From Paraspadella gotoi (Eukaryota > Animalia > Chaetognatha), in the NCBI GenBank assembly GCA_051294375.1, contig CM119263.1, positions 22,470,833 to 22,534,832 on the forward strand: a stretch of DNA of 64,000 nucleotides, in the 5' to 3' direction. The translations under genes and the position numbers were made by a program. The notes beneath the pieces are model-generated. The model made no database searches. It was not told where the DNA came from and saw only the letters and a program-made list of their open reading frames with translations. Positions 21,887 through 35,210 of this stretch are shown piece by piece (position 1 is the first letter of the stretch; each line of letters opens with the position of its first letter).

Positions 21887-24800
21887 CCTAACCCCTATTG
21901 CTCTCTCCCCGAATCCGCGCCGATTTTAAAATCAGAGAAATTCCGAGTCGTCGATGAAAAATTGATTTGGGAAATCCTCCCTTGACGACGACGACGACTA
22001 CGACGACGACGACGACGACGATGTCAATTTCCTCTTTCTTTTGTCTCTTCGGTCGTCGCCATATTTGTTGTCGTTCCGATTCTCGAGACAAAAAAAAAAC
22101 ATAAAAAGAAAAAGAACAACGAAAAAAAACTCCAATTTAACTGAACTCAACTGTTTAATCATTTTTAAACTCAAATGACCTTAGCTTAGGCGACCATGTA
22201 TTCAGTCTGTCTAGTTGTCTGACCGTCTAAAATTTTGAAGAGAAGGATGAATATTCAAATTGAGTTTTTGACTCAGCAAAAACGTGTCGTCTATCTCGAC
22301 TCAGATTCATCTTTATTCTCATGACTCGTGAATCGTTAAATACAGTAATGTACTACAATGGCACGCACAGTATTTTTGACATTAAATATGGTTTTCATTA
22401 AGGAGGTTTAATGCCAAAAACTTTATCTGTGGGTTTTGAACTTGGAATCTTAGAATCTTAGAATCTAAGAATAGAAAAATTAAGAATAAAACGTCAGTTT
22501 GTTAACCGAAACTAGACATTTTTTTTTCAGCTTTTAAAAAAAGTTTAACCTTTCATAGAGCAATTTCATTTTTATTTAAAGTCCATTTTTCTCTGCCTAC
22601 CTCGGCTCATATCCATCTCCACCCGAAGTATCGTATTACTTACTTTCGAAAAGAAGAGAAATTTAAAAAAAAGTTGGAATGTTAGTGTTTTTTCTTCTTT
22701 GGCCACAATTCGTTGACTGAGTTTCGAGTGCGGGTGGTTTGAGTTTTACATGGCTTATGTGATGCAAGTTTTTGTTATTTTTTTCAGGGTTTTTTAAAAT
22801 GTTTTTTTTTTCTTTCAGGGTAGCAGCTGGAGAAAGTGAAGTTATTGGTGAAGATTTAAAAAGTGTTTTTTTTTTGGCTGAAATTTTATTTATTTTTTTT
22901 TATATTTTTTTTAGCTTCTTAGACTCTTTGCTGGAGGTGAGTGAGGCTGACTTCCGACGAATTCCCCCGAAAATCTGAGAGAAGAGAAAGAGAAAAAAAT
23001 GAAAAGGATTAGTTGGCGGAAAATCCAAAGCGGTTGCGAGGTTCCGAATATTTAGGGGCAAAAATTTGGAAGATTAAGATAAAATTGAAACCGATAAAAT
23101 TAAATTTGCGATAAAATAAATTTTGAATAAAAATAAATAAGGAAAGGTTTTTTTTCGCCTTTAAATTAAAAGTTTTTAACTAGATTTTTTTTTCAGAAGT
23201 CTCGTTAATTTTAAAAGATAGTTTTTTTTTTCGAAATATAAGCAGGATAACAAGATGTTAGTAAAAAAAGTAAACGATGTAATGGACAAAGTAGCCAAGT
23301 AACTAATGAAAGAACGAACCAAGATACGAACGAATAAAGTAAAGAACGAAAGAAAGCCAAAAGTAAAAAAAAAAAGAAAGAAAAGAGAAAGAAAGAACGA
23401 TGTTGTCGAAATTGGACGGGGCGAAGAAATTTGATACGATACCCTCCCGTGGTGAGAGATACGGGAAAATCGATTAAATGAAAATAAAAACAACCAATTT
23501 GACACAAGATGCTGTGAATAATGATAGTATTAATGAGAGTGAGAATGATGATAACGAGATAATGACAATAATTATAATTATAATGATTCAGAAATCGGTT
23601 TAATTTTAAAAGGAGAACACTATTTACTCTTTTTATACTATACGTAGTTTTAAAATTCATTTATTTTAATTTCATTCTATCGTTCTTTTGAGGATAGATG
23701 ACTGATAAGACCTTGTCTGCTAAGGTGTCATATTCAGCCGCTACAACATCCTTTCGAAAATGTTAATCGATCGTATCATTTGTTTTCACGTTTTCACGCC
23801 CCCTGTCAGGTTTCGTCGTCAAGGTAACCCGCAAGAAGGAAATGTAAATACGAGAAATAAAATTGAAAAAACAACAAAGTTCATCCACAGAACCGACGCA
23901 GATATAGTCTGTTGGATTTTTTGTCCGAGATTTATGGTTTAATTACGATTATAGTTTACATTAATCTGACAATTTTTGAAAAAAAAGATTAAAACTTCAG
24001 ACAAAAGCCATCGGTTTTCGTCGCAAGATTCTACTTTCAATTTTTAACATGATCGTTAATATAAAAGCGATAATAAGCACGTAGACTGCCGAAGGATTGC
24101 CCCCGTCTCAAAGAACGATATATCAGTTTGTCGACGATAATAGGAAAAAAATATATAATCTGGATAAAAATATAAAATAAAGAAAAAGAGACAAAAAAAG
24201 TTCGAACTTCAAATCCGATGAAAATTCGGATTCCCGCACGTTCGAGGGACGGGCCTACTTTCCTATTCCCTCATAAATATTTGTATAAAAATTCACGAAA
24301 TATTTTTTCATCTTTTATAATGATACGATATGATATAATATTCTGGCGAGAGAGTTATTCTGAAAATTGAGCATTAAAAGAAAATCTTGGAATGACAATG
24401 ACTTTCGTGACTGAGGTTTATATATAAAATTATATATTTATTCCTCAGGAAGACCAAATATATACGTCGAAATTGCATGGTAAATCAGCTACTATCTTTA
24501 AGCAGTCACCTATATAGGCCTACGGAATCGGAATATGCGATAACAAGACTTTCGATCGGACAAAGACGTTAGAGGAAACAAAAGTCAGGATTTTATACTT
24601 TTATTTTGAAATATTTTACTTTTATTTTCATTCAGTTTACGAGTTCCAGTTTTTTTTTTCTTTACAAAGGAAAAAGGAAAGTGACGCATCTGCGAAAAAC
24701 GAAGGAAAGAAAATAAATCGGATTTTATTGTAGCGAAAAAAAAGGTGGAGAAGCAGTTGAGTTATAATTTCGAACGACGAAAAGTACAAAACGGAAAAAA

Positions 24801-27800
24801 TCATTTCAAATACGACACATTGTTTCGAAAATTTTGAAAATTTGAAAAATTAAACCCGCGTAATTTAAGATAATTATTTCAAATTTACGACGATGAAAAT
24901 AAAGTGAGAGCGAATTAGAAAGCTCTTGGCTTCTTCGTCTCACTTTCTTAAAAAATATTTTTTTCCCCTCAAATTTGAATTAAGTTTTTCTCGCCCGAAG
25001 TATTTCGCCATTTCCCAAATCTTTTAAACTGCATCTTTGCGTAGACGTGGAAAACGACGACGAAAACGATTGTAGCGACGACGAAAAAAGCGACGACGAT
25101 GACAGCGGCGATTAAAACGACGATCAAGTTGCGCCTTCGGGATTTTCTTTTTTTTCTATTGAAGGCGTCGGTGGCGAAAAACGCGCCAGTACGGAAGTGC
25201 GTCGTCGTCGTTTTCGTCGTCGTCGTTTTCGTCGTCGTCGTTTTCGTCGTCGTCGTTTTCGTCGTCGTCGGTGTCAAACATTTCAAGGAATCGTTTTATT
25301 CTTAGTTTAAATATAAACTGTGTTTTTCATCCAGCGACGTCAGTTTGTTTTCATTTTTTCAAGGATACACAGAATAAGCTGGATGGAGTCCGCACAAGAT
25401 TTTGATCCTTTCTTACCTTTCTGACCTCTTTTGGACCTCTCTAACCTGTCCTCCTTGATCGAATTAACCCCGATCACCCGGATGTAGTCCCTAATTGAAG
25501 AAGAAATCTTCTTTGTCCCAAAATGAAGCGACGTCGCAACCTCAAGGTGACCCTTCCTTCAATGCTGGTTCAACAACGCCCCCTGACCTTAATGAGGCTT
25601 CCGATTTAACCCTAGCGCCTCCTTCGGCCTTGAAAAGACTTTCTCCGCATTAAGTCTCACCTCAGCTCGGGACGGCGGGACGCCTTGGGCAATTTTACCG
25701 CCTCAGAACCCGAAGCATTGGCTCGGGACATTGGCTTTAGATTTGGTCTTGGCTTTAGATTTGGTCTTGGCTTTAGATTTGGTCTTGGCTTTTGATTTAG
25801 ATCGAATCTTGGCGGGAGACTTGCTTTTGATATTGTGGTGTTAGAAAATTGGACAATGCGTCAAGAGTCTCGCAATGGATCAGAATTACCCTTTTAATTT
25901 TCCATACAAAGACCAATTAAACAACAATCTTCCCTCGGCACTCTTGCCAGTTTATACGTCTTCAACGACCATCAACAACTTTGGCCCCAATCAGCGGCCT
26001 CTCTGAGACTCTGCGCCAGAGGCAAGGCTCGGCCTTTTTGGGCCAGAACCGACGCTACCGATGAAAACTTCTGAGTGGCGCCCAGGGGAGAAGAGAAAAG
26101 AAGGAAAGTTTGAAGGTCGTTTGCACTGACCAATGACCATTGGCCGCTTGAAGGGTCGTCGTTGTTTTCGTTGTTGTTGTCCTCGGCGCAGACGAGAACG
26201 TCGTTGCGTTCTTAGCCGGTTGTTCTTTTTTTTTTTTTATTAGAGCGCAAGCTTTCTTTTTATAGTAGTTCTCCATTTTTTCTCCGTGACTTGAATTCTT
26301 ATTTTTACTCTTTTTTTAAATAACCCTTTTTAAACATTACATAACGAGGATGAAACGGAATTTTCGGACCGCCTTTAATGCACATGCATACTTAGGTTCA
26401 TTTTGTCTCGCCGATTTAAAAAAAAACAAAAAAAAAAAACCCAGAAATTAAAGCGGTCGGACAGATGGACTTTTCGAGTTTCGTCGCGTCTGTCTGAAAA
26501 CGCCGACATTAAAACTAATTTCCGTCCTTCCTGAAAAAAAAAATTAAAAAAAAAAAAAACAAACAAACAAAAAAAACAAAACAGTCAGAGAGTCACTTCA
26601 CATTCTTGTTATTCAAAGTATGATGCTTCAAATAAATCCCGTTTTATTTCAGTCCAAAATTCTTACCAAATTCCAGCGCAAAAACCTTAAATTACGTTTT
26701 AAAGGAGAAGATAATTTCAAAATTAAGTTTGCAGGTTTATAAGTAAAATCTGAGTCGTTGCCGAGCCCAGCCGCGCCGCGTCGCTGCATGCGCCTTTCGT
26801 TCCAGGATCGCCGTTTCCAGTCCAGGTGGCGCTCCACGTGTCGCGCGTCATCCCACGCGCTTTCTTTTCGAAATCCGTGAGAGTCTCTCCTCGCGCGAGA
26901 TTCGCTCATGACGAGGTCACGTGAGTGAAAGACTCGAAAGAAGGACATGAAGGATGTGAAGGAGATGATGTGAACGAATGTGATGACGGTGATGACGACG
27001 ACGAAGTCGCGCCGACTAGTCACGTGATTTCCCTCGCGCGTCGTCGTCGTCGCTCTTTCACGTCGTTCGTCTAGTCGATGGCGCCATTGTCGTCGTCGTC
27101 GTCGTCGTCGTAGTCGTCGCTGAGATTGGCCTTTTCTTTGCAATCCATTGAGAAGGAGTTGACAAAAGAGTTTGGGCGGATGTCAGTTATTCAGGAAAAA
27201 AAACTGGAGATGACCACTTTGCTCCTTCGGGATCAAGGATTCATCTGCGTGAAGATCGAGAGCGGACAGGATTTTCATAAAAGTACTTTAATAATTAATT
27301 TTATCTTTCTTTAATTATTTTTTTTCTTCCCTTTTTTCTTTTCTTTAATTTTAATTTTTTAAAAATTAGTTTGCGTTATAAAAATTTGACCGTTGGATTC
27401 GTGATAATCAAATAGTGGGGGAATATGTTTTCTCACAGTTATTTGCTGTCTGTGAATGTATTGAGGCCGTGAATAAGGCGTGAAATCACCAGTTTCCTCA
27501 CCAGCGACGCAATACTCATCATCGGCCTTTAAAGTCGAACACCTTGCAGGTCCTCGTATGATCTTCGTCTCGGGCGATAATTTCGACGTCGCGACTTCGT
27601 CCGATTCCAAAGCGAGGCCATTTACGAGACAGAGACGTTTTTAGTACATTTAATGTAACTTCATTAATCATAGACGAAAAACTGATTCAGCGAAAATTCT
27701 CGTAATAAAAAAAAATAAAAAAACAGATAAAAGTGTAAATTCCTTCCATTCTCAATTCATAACCAATTCGTTTAAACAAATACAGATGTCCGACGTGTAA

Positions 27801-28312
27801 AAGCGACATTTGTTCACGGCGAAGGAAGTTTATTTTTTCACACGAAAAAAAAAAATCGTTCTCCGTTTGACACTGGAGGACGATGTCTTCATTTCGATTC
27901 GAACGAATTCGATTTATAATCGTTTGAAAAAAAATTGGGAGGGAAAATGGAAGAAGAGAAAAAAATGAAGATAAGGAAAACTGGGAGATTTCATCCCAGA
28001 AAAGAGAAAAAAACGTTTGAAGTTTTGAAATCCATCAATCACTGCTAACTGGGGAAAGGTTAGAAGTTGAAAAAGAAATAGAGAGAGAGAGAGAGAGAAA
28101 GTGCATGAGATTCATGAAATTAAAACAAATTGAAGAAGAGGAGAGAAAAATTTCTCTTTTTCTTGAAAATTTGTAAAAATATTGAATTTTTTTTGGCTGC
28201 AAAACTTGTCCGGTTTTGACTGTAAAAGCAAATAACATGTCGATCTTTTCTGCGACTTTTTTTTCAACGAAAACCGTCGTTCTGTTTATTCTTTGTAGAT
28301 ACGGGGCGAGGG

Positions 28313-28375
<63 letters not shown>

Positions 28376-28381
28376 AGAGAG

Positions 28382-28418
<37 letters not shown>

Positions 28419-29096
28419 GAAGGAGAGAGACGAGAGAGAATAGAGAGTCTCTAAAATTTCACAAAGCTCACGTTTCGTTAGGTCAAAAATATTACTGAAT
28501 CACTGATAATCAAGTTTGATAAAACAAAGTCGAGATAAGCGTCGAAGTATTGCAGTATTATCATTAATTCATTACTAATGTTTGCTACTCTCATAAAACA
28601 AGCTTCTCATTTTAACGTCACGATTCCAACAACGACGTCATAGACAATTCACTCAATTGCAGCATTTTCTGTCATCCTGATTCCACCTTCGCTCTCACCA
28701 AGCAAATTCACTCACTGAAAATATCCTCGAATGTCACCAACCTAAGTCGAACCCGCCACGGACCACATAAGTCCATGACGACCCCTTCAACACCCCAACA
28801 AACCCCCCTTCCTCTCTCCCTAAGGAAAAACTGAGGAAGGAAATCATTATTTAGACTCGAGGATGTTTTTCGATTCGTCACGATTGCATCCGCGTCGCGG
28901 GGATCGAAATCCGGGGTTCGAATCCCGGAGATGACAGATTTTTCTTTTTTCGTAATGTGTTTTATCCAAGGCGGGATTTTCGTGTTTATTCTTTTGAGAG
29001 ATTACGATGCATCGAGAAAAATCCAGGATCGGAGATTTTAGAGTCTTTCCAACGAACGCGCCTTGAGAAAGAAAGAAAGAAAGAAAGAAAGAATGC

Positions 29097-29136
<40 letters not shown>

Positions 29137-29150
29137 AAAAAGAAATAAAA

Positions 29151-29182
<32 letters not shown>

Positions 29183-29700
29183 GCTTAACTATGACTCTGA
29201 CTGGCTTGACGACACTTGAGTTATCTCACTCAAAGTCAGAATCTTATCTTTTCTCGTTTTTTTTAGTTAAAAAAAAAAGAAAAAAAAACCACCTGGTTCC
29301 ATCTGGTTCCATGCTTTCGTTTCGTTCGTTTCGTTCGTTTCGTTCGTTTCGTTCGTTATTTTTATCGAAAGTTCTGACGTCAAAGAGTTTTTGAAGATCT
29401 TTCGTATCTGTTAATCGCTTAGAGAGACATAATCTCAAATAAAGTTAAATCTGGACTTATTAAAAAGGTATTCTCTTTTCAGAAAATAGGTTTATTCGCG
29501 TATTAACTTTTAGGATATATTTTTTGAAAATAACATTATTCTTAATTTGATAAATATGAAAACAAAATTTCATTTTTGGGTAGCTGCTAAAATATATTTT
29601 CAAAGAAAAAAGTACATATTAAAAAAAACTTAATGTTTACATTTTTCAAAAAAACTGTTGAAACCAAAAAATCACTGACCGAATTGAAAGATAACGGCAA

Positions 29701-29813
<113 letters not shown>

Positions 29814-32247
29814 GAGTGTGATTGAGTGCAAAAGAGAGAGTGGAAATAAGATACAGCCAGTGAAAAAATAATGAACTTCTCTCAAAGATGATCCCGATTA
29901 ATTCTTAATTCTTCAAACGTAAACAAGTTCATATCGTTTAAAAAGAGTTTTCGCCGCCGGGAATCAAAACAAAATCGTCAGTTTCTTTTTCCCCTTTCTT
30001 CTTTTTTTTTCCGTTTCTTTAGTGCAAAACTTTTTATCTCAAAGATTATGATTTAAAAATACCGTTTCAAACTTTTCAGGAAATAATTCTTTGGGTTTTT
30101 AGTTTTTACTTGGTACATTTGTACCTTGGGTGCCTTAAAAACTCTTAGTTTTTCAGGTATGGTCATCCACAAAGTCGTAAAACAACGTTCGTCGCCATAG
30201 TAACGGAGACCGGGTTTTCGCCGGCGCCTTCGCGATGATAAAAAGAAAACAAACAGGAGAATGACGACGACGATGACGACTGCAACTGGAATTTAATATT
30301 GTTTAAAAAAAATTAGTTTGAAGTTTGAAGTTCCAACCTATCACATATCAATTTTTTTACAGTAATTTACCACTAAAAAGACTTGCAAAAGATATCAAAC
30401 TTATTTGTTGTATAACAATTTTGACGGGGTAGAAAACCGAATCATCTTTAAAAAAATATTTTGCTTGAGGGATATTTTTTTTTAGCGATGACAAGTTTTT
30501 CCCCACATGTTCGGGAGGCATTTTAAGCATGTTTTCAACCCATTTTAATTAATCAATATTTTGGGCATTTTAAAAACGTCAATAATTTTTTTATCAAATG
30601 GTCTAAAAATTTTTTTTAATGTTTTGGCTCACGGGGTAGATAGTAGATACGGTTTGAAAAAAANNNNNNNNNNNNNNNNNNNNNNNNNNNNNNNNNNNNN
30701 NNNNNNNNNNNNNNNNNNNNNNNNNNNNNNNNNNNNNNNNNNNNNNNNNNNNNNNNNNNNNNNNNNNNNNNNNNNNNNNNNNNNNNNNNNNNNNNNNNNN
30801 NNNNNNNNNNNNNNNNNNNNNNNNNNNNNNNNNNNNNNNNNNNNNNNNNNNNNNNNNNNNNNNNNNNNNNNNNNNNNNNNNNNNNNNNNNNNNNNNGAGA
30901 ACAATCTCGCCAGTGTCGCTGTGAAAATTTGTGCGATTATTGAAAGGTTCGATATTGGATGACGACGACGACGACGACGACGACGATGTCATCGATGATA
31001 GCGACCGACAGTGTCGACGACTCCGACAAAGGCGCCGACGAAGACGCCCTTCGTTCCCGGCGCTACTTGAACTTCGATCGACCGACGTAGAAAAAAAAAA
31101 AGTTTTCAAAAAATTGATTTTATTTTGTGATTTCCGTCCAAAGGTCAGACCGCGTGAAAAAGCTCATTCTAAAAGAAGAGAACTGGAAGGTTGAAGAGGT
31201 GGAATGATTTGGATCAGGGGTTAAGCGGGAATAAGGTCACTTCCCTTACTTCTTTGGCTGCCATGGAACGGGACCTGAGCTTGCTCCCGAGGTGGTTAAT
31301 GGCGCTCCTCTTGCTTCCCGAAGGGTAAGTTCTTTGAGAGGAACGTAATGGTCACAAATAAAAATGCATAGAATGGGCGGGGTGAACCTTGCAATTTCCG
31401 GTACAAATAAGTCGACGACGACGACGATGACGACGACGATGACAATGACGATGACGAGAGTGATTTTTTGATCAGTCGTGGTTGACTGACGGTTATACGA
31501 TAAAATTTCGAAAACTCTCTGGTTTCGCTTCTTGGTTCAAAGTTTGACGAAGGAATTAAAAAATGGTGGACTCACACCTTTCTCATTTGGTGCCCTGAAA
31601 AGAGAATGACTTTTCACGTGATGGGAAATCGGGCGGTAAAATATAATCCCTGACTTTATTCTCGGACTCCATAAAAACAGATTCATGTAGAAAATCGAAG
31701 AAAACACCGAGAGAAAAACGAAATTCAATTTGCCAGGTTTATCTTCGTCATTCCATAAGAAAACCAACTTTTGGAGATTTTTTGGAAAGACTGGAAAGAA
31801 TGGAAAAAAAGAAAATCTTTATTGTAATGGAAAAAAATAATTAAATTGTAAACTTTCATCCGAAGGAATATACTGAATAATATCTATTAACGAAACTTGA
31901 ATAAAAGTGAAACATCGTTCAAACTTTAAAAAATCATTGGAAAAAAAAAGAAGAGAATTTTCGAGGGTTTCATTGTTTGAGGTTGGATCTCAGCAACCGG
32001 TTTGAGACGTTTTTTGAGCCAAAAAAATTTTTGAAGTTCAAAAGGTTTTACTCGAAAAAATCGTTTCTTCCGAGTAAATGATTCTGACGATCGAGAATGT
32101 GTAGAAAGTGAAGTTAGGATGAAAGAAAGAGAGAGAAAGAAAGATAGATATATAAAGAAAGTAAGAAAGAAAACATGAAAGAAAGAACGAATGAAAAACA
32201 CAAAATGGATGGAGAGATAAAAGAAGAGAAAAAAAAAGAAAGTAAGA

Positions 32248-32282
<35 letters not shown>

Positions 32283-32304
32283 GAGAGAGAGAAAGTAGAG
32301 AGAG

Positions 32305-32335
<31 letters not shown>

Positions 32336-32971
32336 TGATGCAATGCTTTTAGGCGGGCGGAAAAGTCAAAGTTCGTTTGAACCAAAGAGCAAAACCCCTT
32401 TTTTGTAAAGTGTATGGAGGAAGAGATATCCGTCTTAAATAATAAAAGAGCATAAAATCCAGAAATATTATAATCAAGGAGTAAAATTTAATACTAACAT
32501 ATTTTAACAATTATACTTATAATTATACTATTTCATCCTGAAGTGAAACACGAAATATTAAAAAAAGGAATCAGGATAAATTGAACTAAGAAGATAAAAA
32601 AATAATAATTGTATAATTATCTGATTAGCTTTCTCAAAGTTTTCTTCTTTCATTTAAAAAAAAAGTTTAAATTATATTTCTCTGGATTATTTAACCGACT
32701 TTAAAATCACAAAACCATCTCTGCTTGAAAAAGAAAAAACTGAAAAAAAAAAACCTAAAGCAGAAAAAGTTAAAAAAAAGGTTGGTAAAAGAACCGAAGA
32801 CTCGGATGAGTGAGGTTCGAAGGTCCACGTGATCGAGATCACAATGGAGGCGAGGAATGCGAGGGCAAAATAAAAGTGAGGAGAAAAGAAGTAGAGAGAA
32901 AGAGGGAGGTGAAGGGGAAAAAAGAAGTCACGTCGGGTGAGGACTACAAAGGGAAACGACATTCGATGTGA

Positions 32972-34198
32972 AATGACAAAAGTGATGGTTTTGAGAAGGA
33001 AGATAGGACGAGGAGGGATGAAGAACCGAATGACAAAAGTGATGGAGAGAGAAAAAAGTGAGCACGGAGGATGATGAGAACGAATTTGACAAAGTGATGG
33101 AGATAAGGAAGAAAGGGGGCGAGGAGGACGAAGAACGAATGAACAAATAGGGAGAGGAAGAAAAAGGAGCTTGGAGGACAGAAAATGACAAAATCTGAAG
33201 AGAGAAAGGAGAAAGGAGGTGGGATGAGAACGAATGGAGAAAGTAGGATGGATGAAGAAAGGAAGAAGAGGAAACGAGAAGGACGAAGAAAAATGACAAA
33301 AGTGGATGAAGAGAGGAGAAAGAGCTCGGAGGATGAAAGAATGAATGACAAAAGTGATGGTGAGAAGGAAGAAGGAGCGTGGAGGATGAAGAATGAATGA
33401 CAAAAGTGATGGAGAGAAGGAAAAAGGAGCGTGGAGGATTGAAGACGAATGATAAAAGTGATGGAGAGAAGGAAGAAGGGCGTGGAGGACGGAGAACGAA
33501 TGACAAAAGTGATGGAGAGAAGGAAGAAAGGAGCGTGGAGGACGGAGAACGAAGACAAAAGTGATGGAGAGAAGGAAGAAAGAAGCACGGAGGATGAAAA
33601 ACGATGACAAAAGTGAATGGAGAGAAGAAGAAAGGAGCTGGAGGACGGAGAACGAATGACAAGTGATGGAGAGAAGGAGAAAGGAGCGTGGAGGGACGGA
33701 GAACGAATGACAAAAGTGATGAGAGAAGGAAGAAAGAAGCACGGAGGACGAAGAACGAATGACAAAAGTGATGGAGAGAAGGAAGAAAGGAGCGTGGGAG
33801 GACGAAGAACGAATGACAAAAGTTGATGGAGAGAAGGAAGAAGGAGCGGTGGAGGATGAAGAACGAATGATAAAGTGATGGAGAGAAGGAAAAAGGAGCT
33901 TGGAGGATGAAGAACGAATGACAAAAGTGATGGAGAGAAGGAAGAAAGGAGCGAGGAGGATCGAGAACGAATGGAAAAAGTGATGGAGAAAGGAAGAAAG
34001 GAGCGGGAGGACTGAAGGAACGAATGACAAAATTGATGGAGTAGAAGGAAGAAAGAAGGAGCGAGGACGATAGAACGAATGACAAAACGTTGATGGAGAG
34101 AAGAAGAAAGGAGCGAGGAGACGAAGAACGAATACAAAGTGATGGACGAGAAGGAAGAAAGGAGCGCGGAGCGACAGAACGAATGACAAAAGTGATGG
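32972..34198. repeat. ~53-bp purine-rich minisatellite, roughly 22 units (GAATGACAAAAGTGATGGAGAGAAGGAAGAAAGGAGCG..GAGGACGAAGAAC)
   Basis: Tandem units are visible and explain the long low-complexity minus-strand ORFs at 32687-34227. Confidence 0.92.
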
Positions 34199-35051
34199 AA
34201 AAACGCCAGCATAGAATGAAAGCTCACGGTTTCCTTTCCCGTCGTGCAGGCTTTTATCCCAGGTAGAGGAAGAAATACTGAAAAATTAATATAAAAAATG
34301 AATCTAAGATGATGTAAATTTAATAAGGAAAAAACTCAACCTGATCATAACAGCAACAGGGACTTCTCCAAGAAAAGATGAAAAGAGAAGAAAAAGAAAA
34401 GAAAAAGAAAAAGAAAGAAAGAAAGAAAGAAGAAGAGACAAGAGAAGGAATAAATCTAATGGGCAAAAAAATTTAAAAGAACAAAATATGAAGTAAAAAA
34501 AAAACTTTTCTCTTTTTCTTTTCTTCTTTTCCATTTGCGATACCGAACCAACGAAAAATGAAAGCATCTTGACAAAAAAAGTACAATAATAACGTTTTAG
34601 TGTTGGATCACTTTGGGTAAACCGTTGCGTATTAGATTAATTAAAAGGGCTAAATGCAGATATATGAATGATTTCAAAGTTGGAGAAGGCTGTCTGCCCT
34701 TTAGAATTTTTAAGTGAAGTGCCCAATAACTAATAGTTATTAACTATGCGATTTAATTTACACGTTACTTTATATTTATTTATTTAGTCATTTTTTGTTT
34801 TTGCGATAGGATACTTTTCGTATTCGAGAAAAGCGTTGAAAAGATTCAATTACAGATTAGAGATAAAGATTTCGAATTCGGAAAAAAAGAAAAGGTTTTC
34901 TAATTCAAGTGTTGACTCGTACTCGAGTCTTTAACCTATCCGAATTTAGGGTAAAGCAATCTCAAACTGTTTTTCGTTAGTAATTTGTGATGTTTGTAGT
35001 ATGTTCGTATCTGTAACTCCTTATTGATTACCTCTGTACTGTGATAATTTT

Positions 35052-35210
35052 ATATCGTATATCGTGTATATCGTGTATATCGTGTATATCGTGTATATCG
35101 TGTATATCGTGTATATCGTGTATATCGTGTATATCGTGTATATCGTGTATATCGTGTATATCGTGTATATTCGTAATATCGTGTATATCGTAATATCGTG
35201 TATCGTATAT
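35052..35210. repeat. 9-bp tandem repeat (ATATCGTGT)n
   Basis: Direct inspection. Confidence 0.95.

Noticed and set aside
25732-25790. GFRFG repeats as an RFamide neuropeptide precursor
   Set aside because: No basic cleavage residues follow the Gly and no signal peptide is evident.
27126-27620. Short ORFs next to a CpG-rich tract
   Set aside because: No recognisable domain, and the frames are not preserved in the sibling copy (~38830-39420).
32687-34227. Long minus-strand ORFs of 385-500 aa
   Set aside because: They arise from the stop-free pyrimidine strand of the 53-bp minisatellite, are open in all three frames, have low-complexity F/S/L composition, and the unit is not a multiple of 3.
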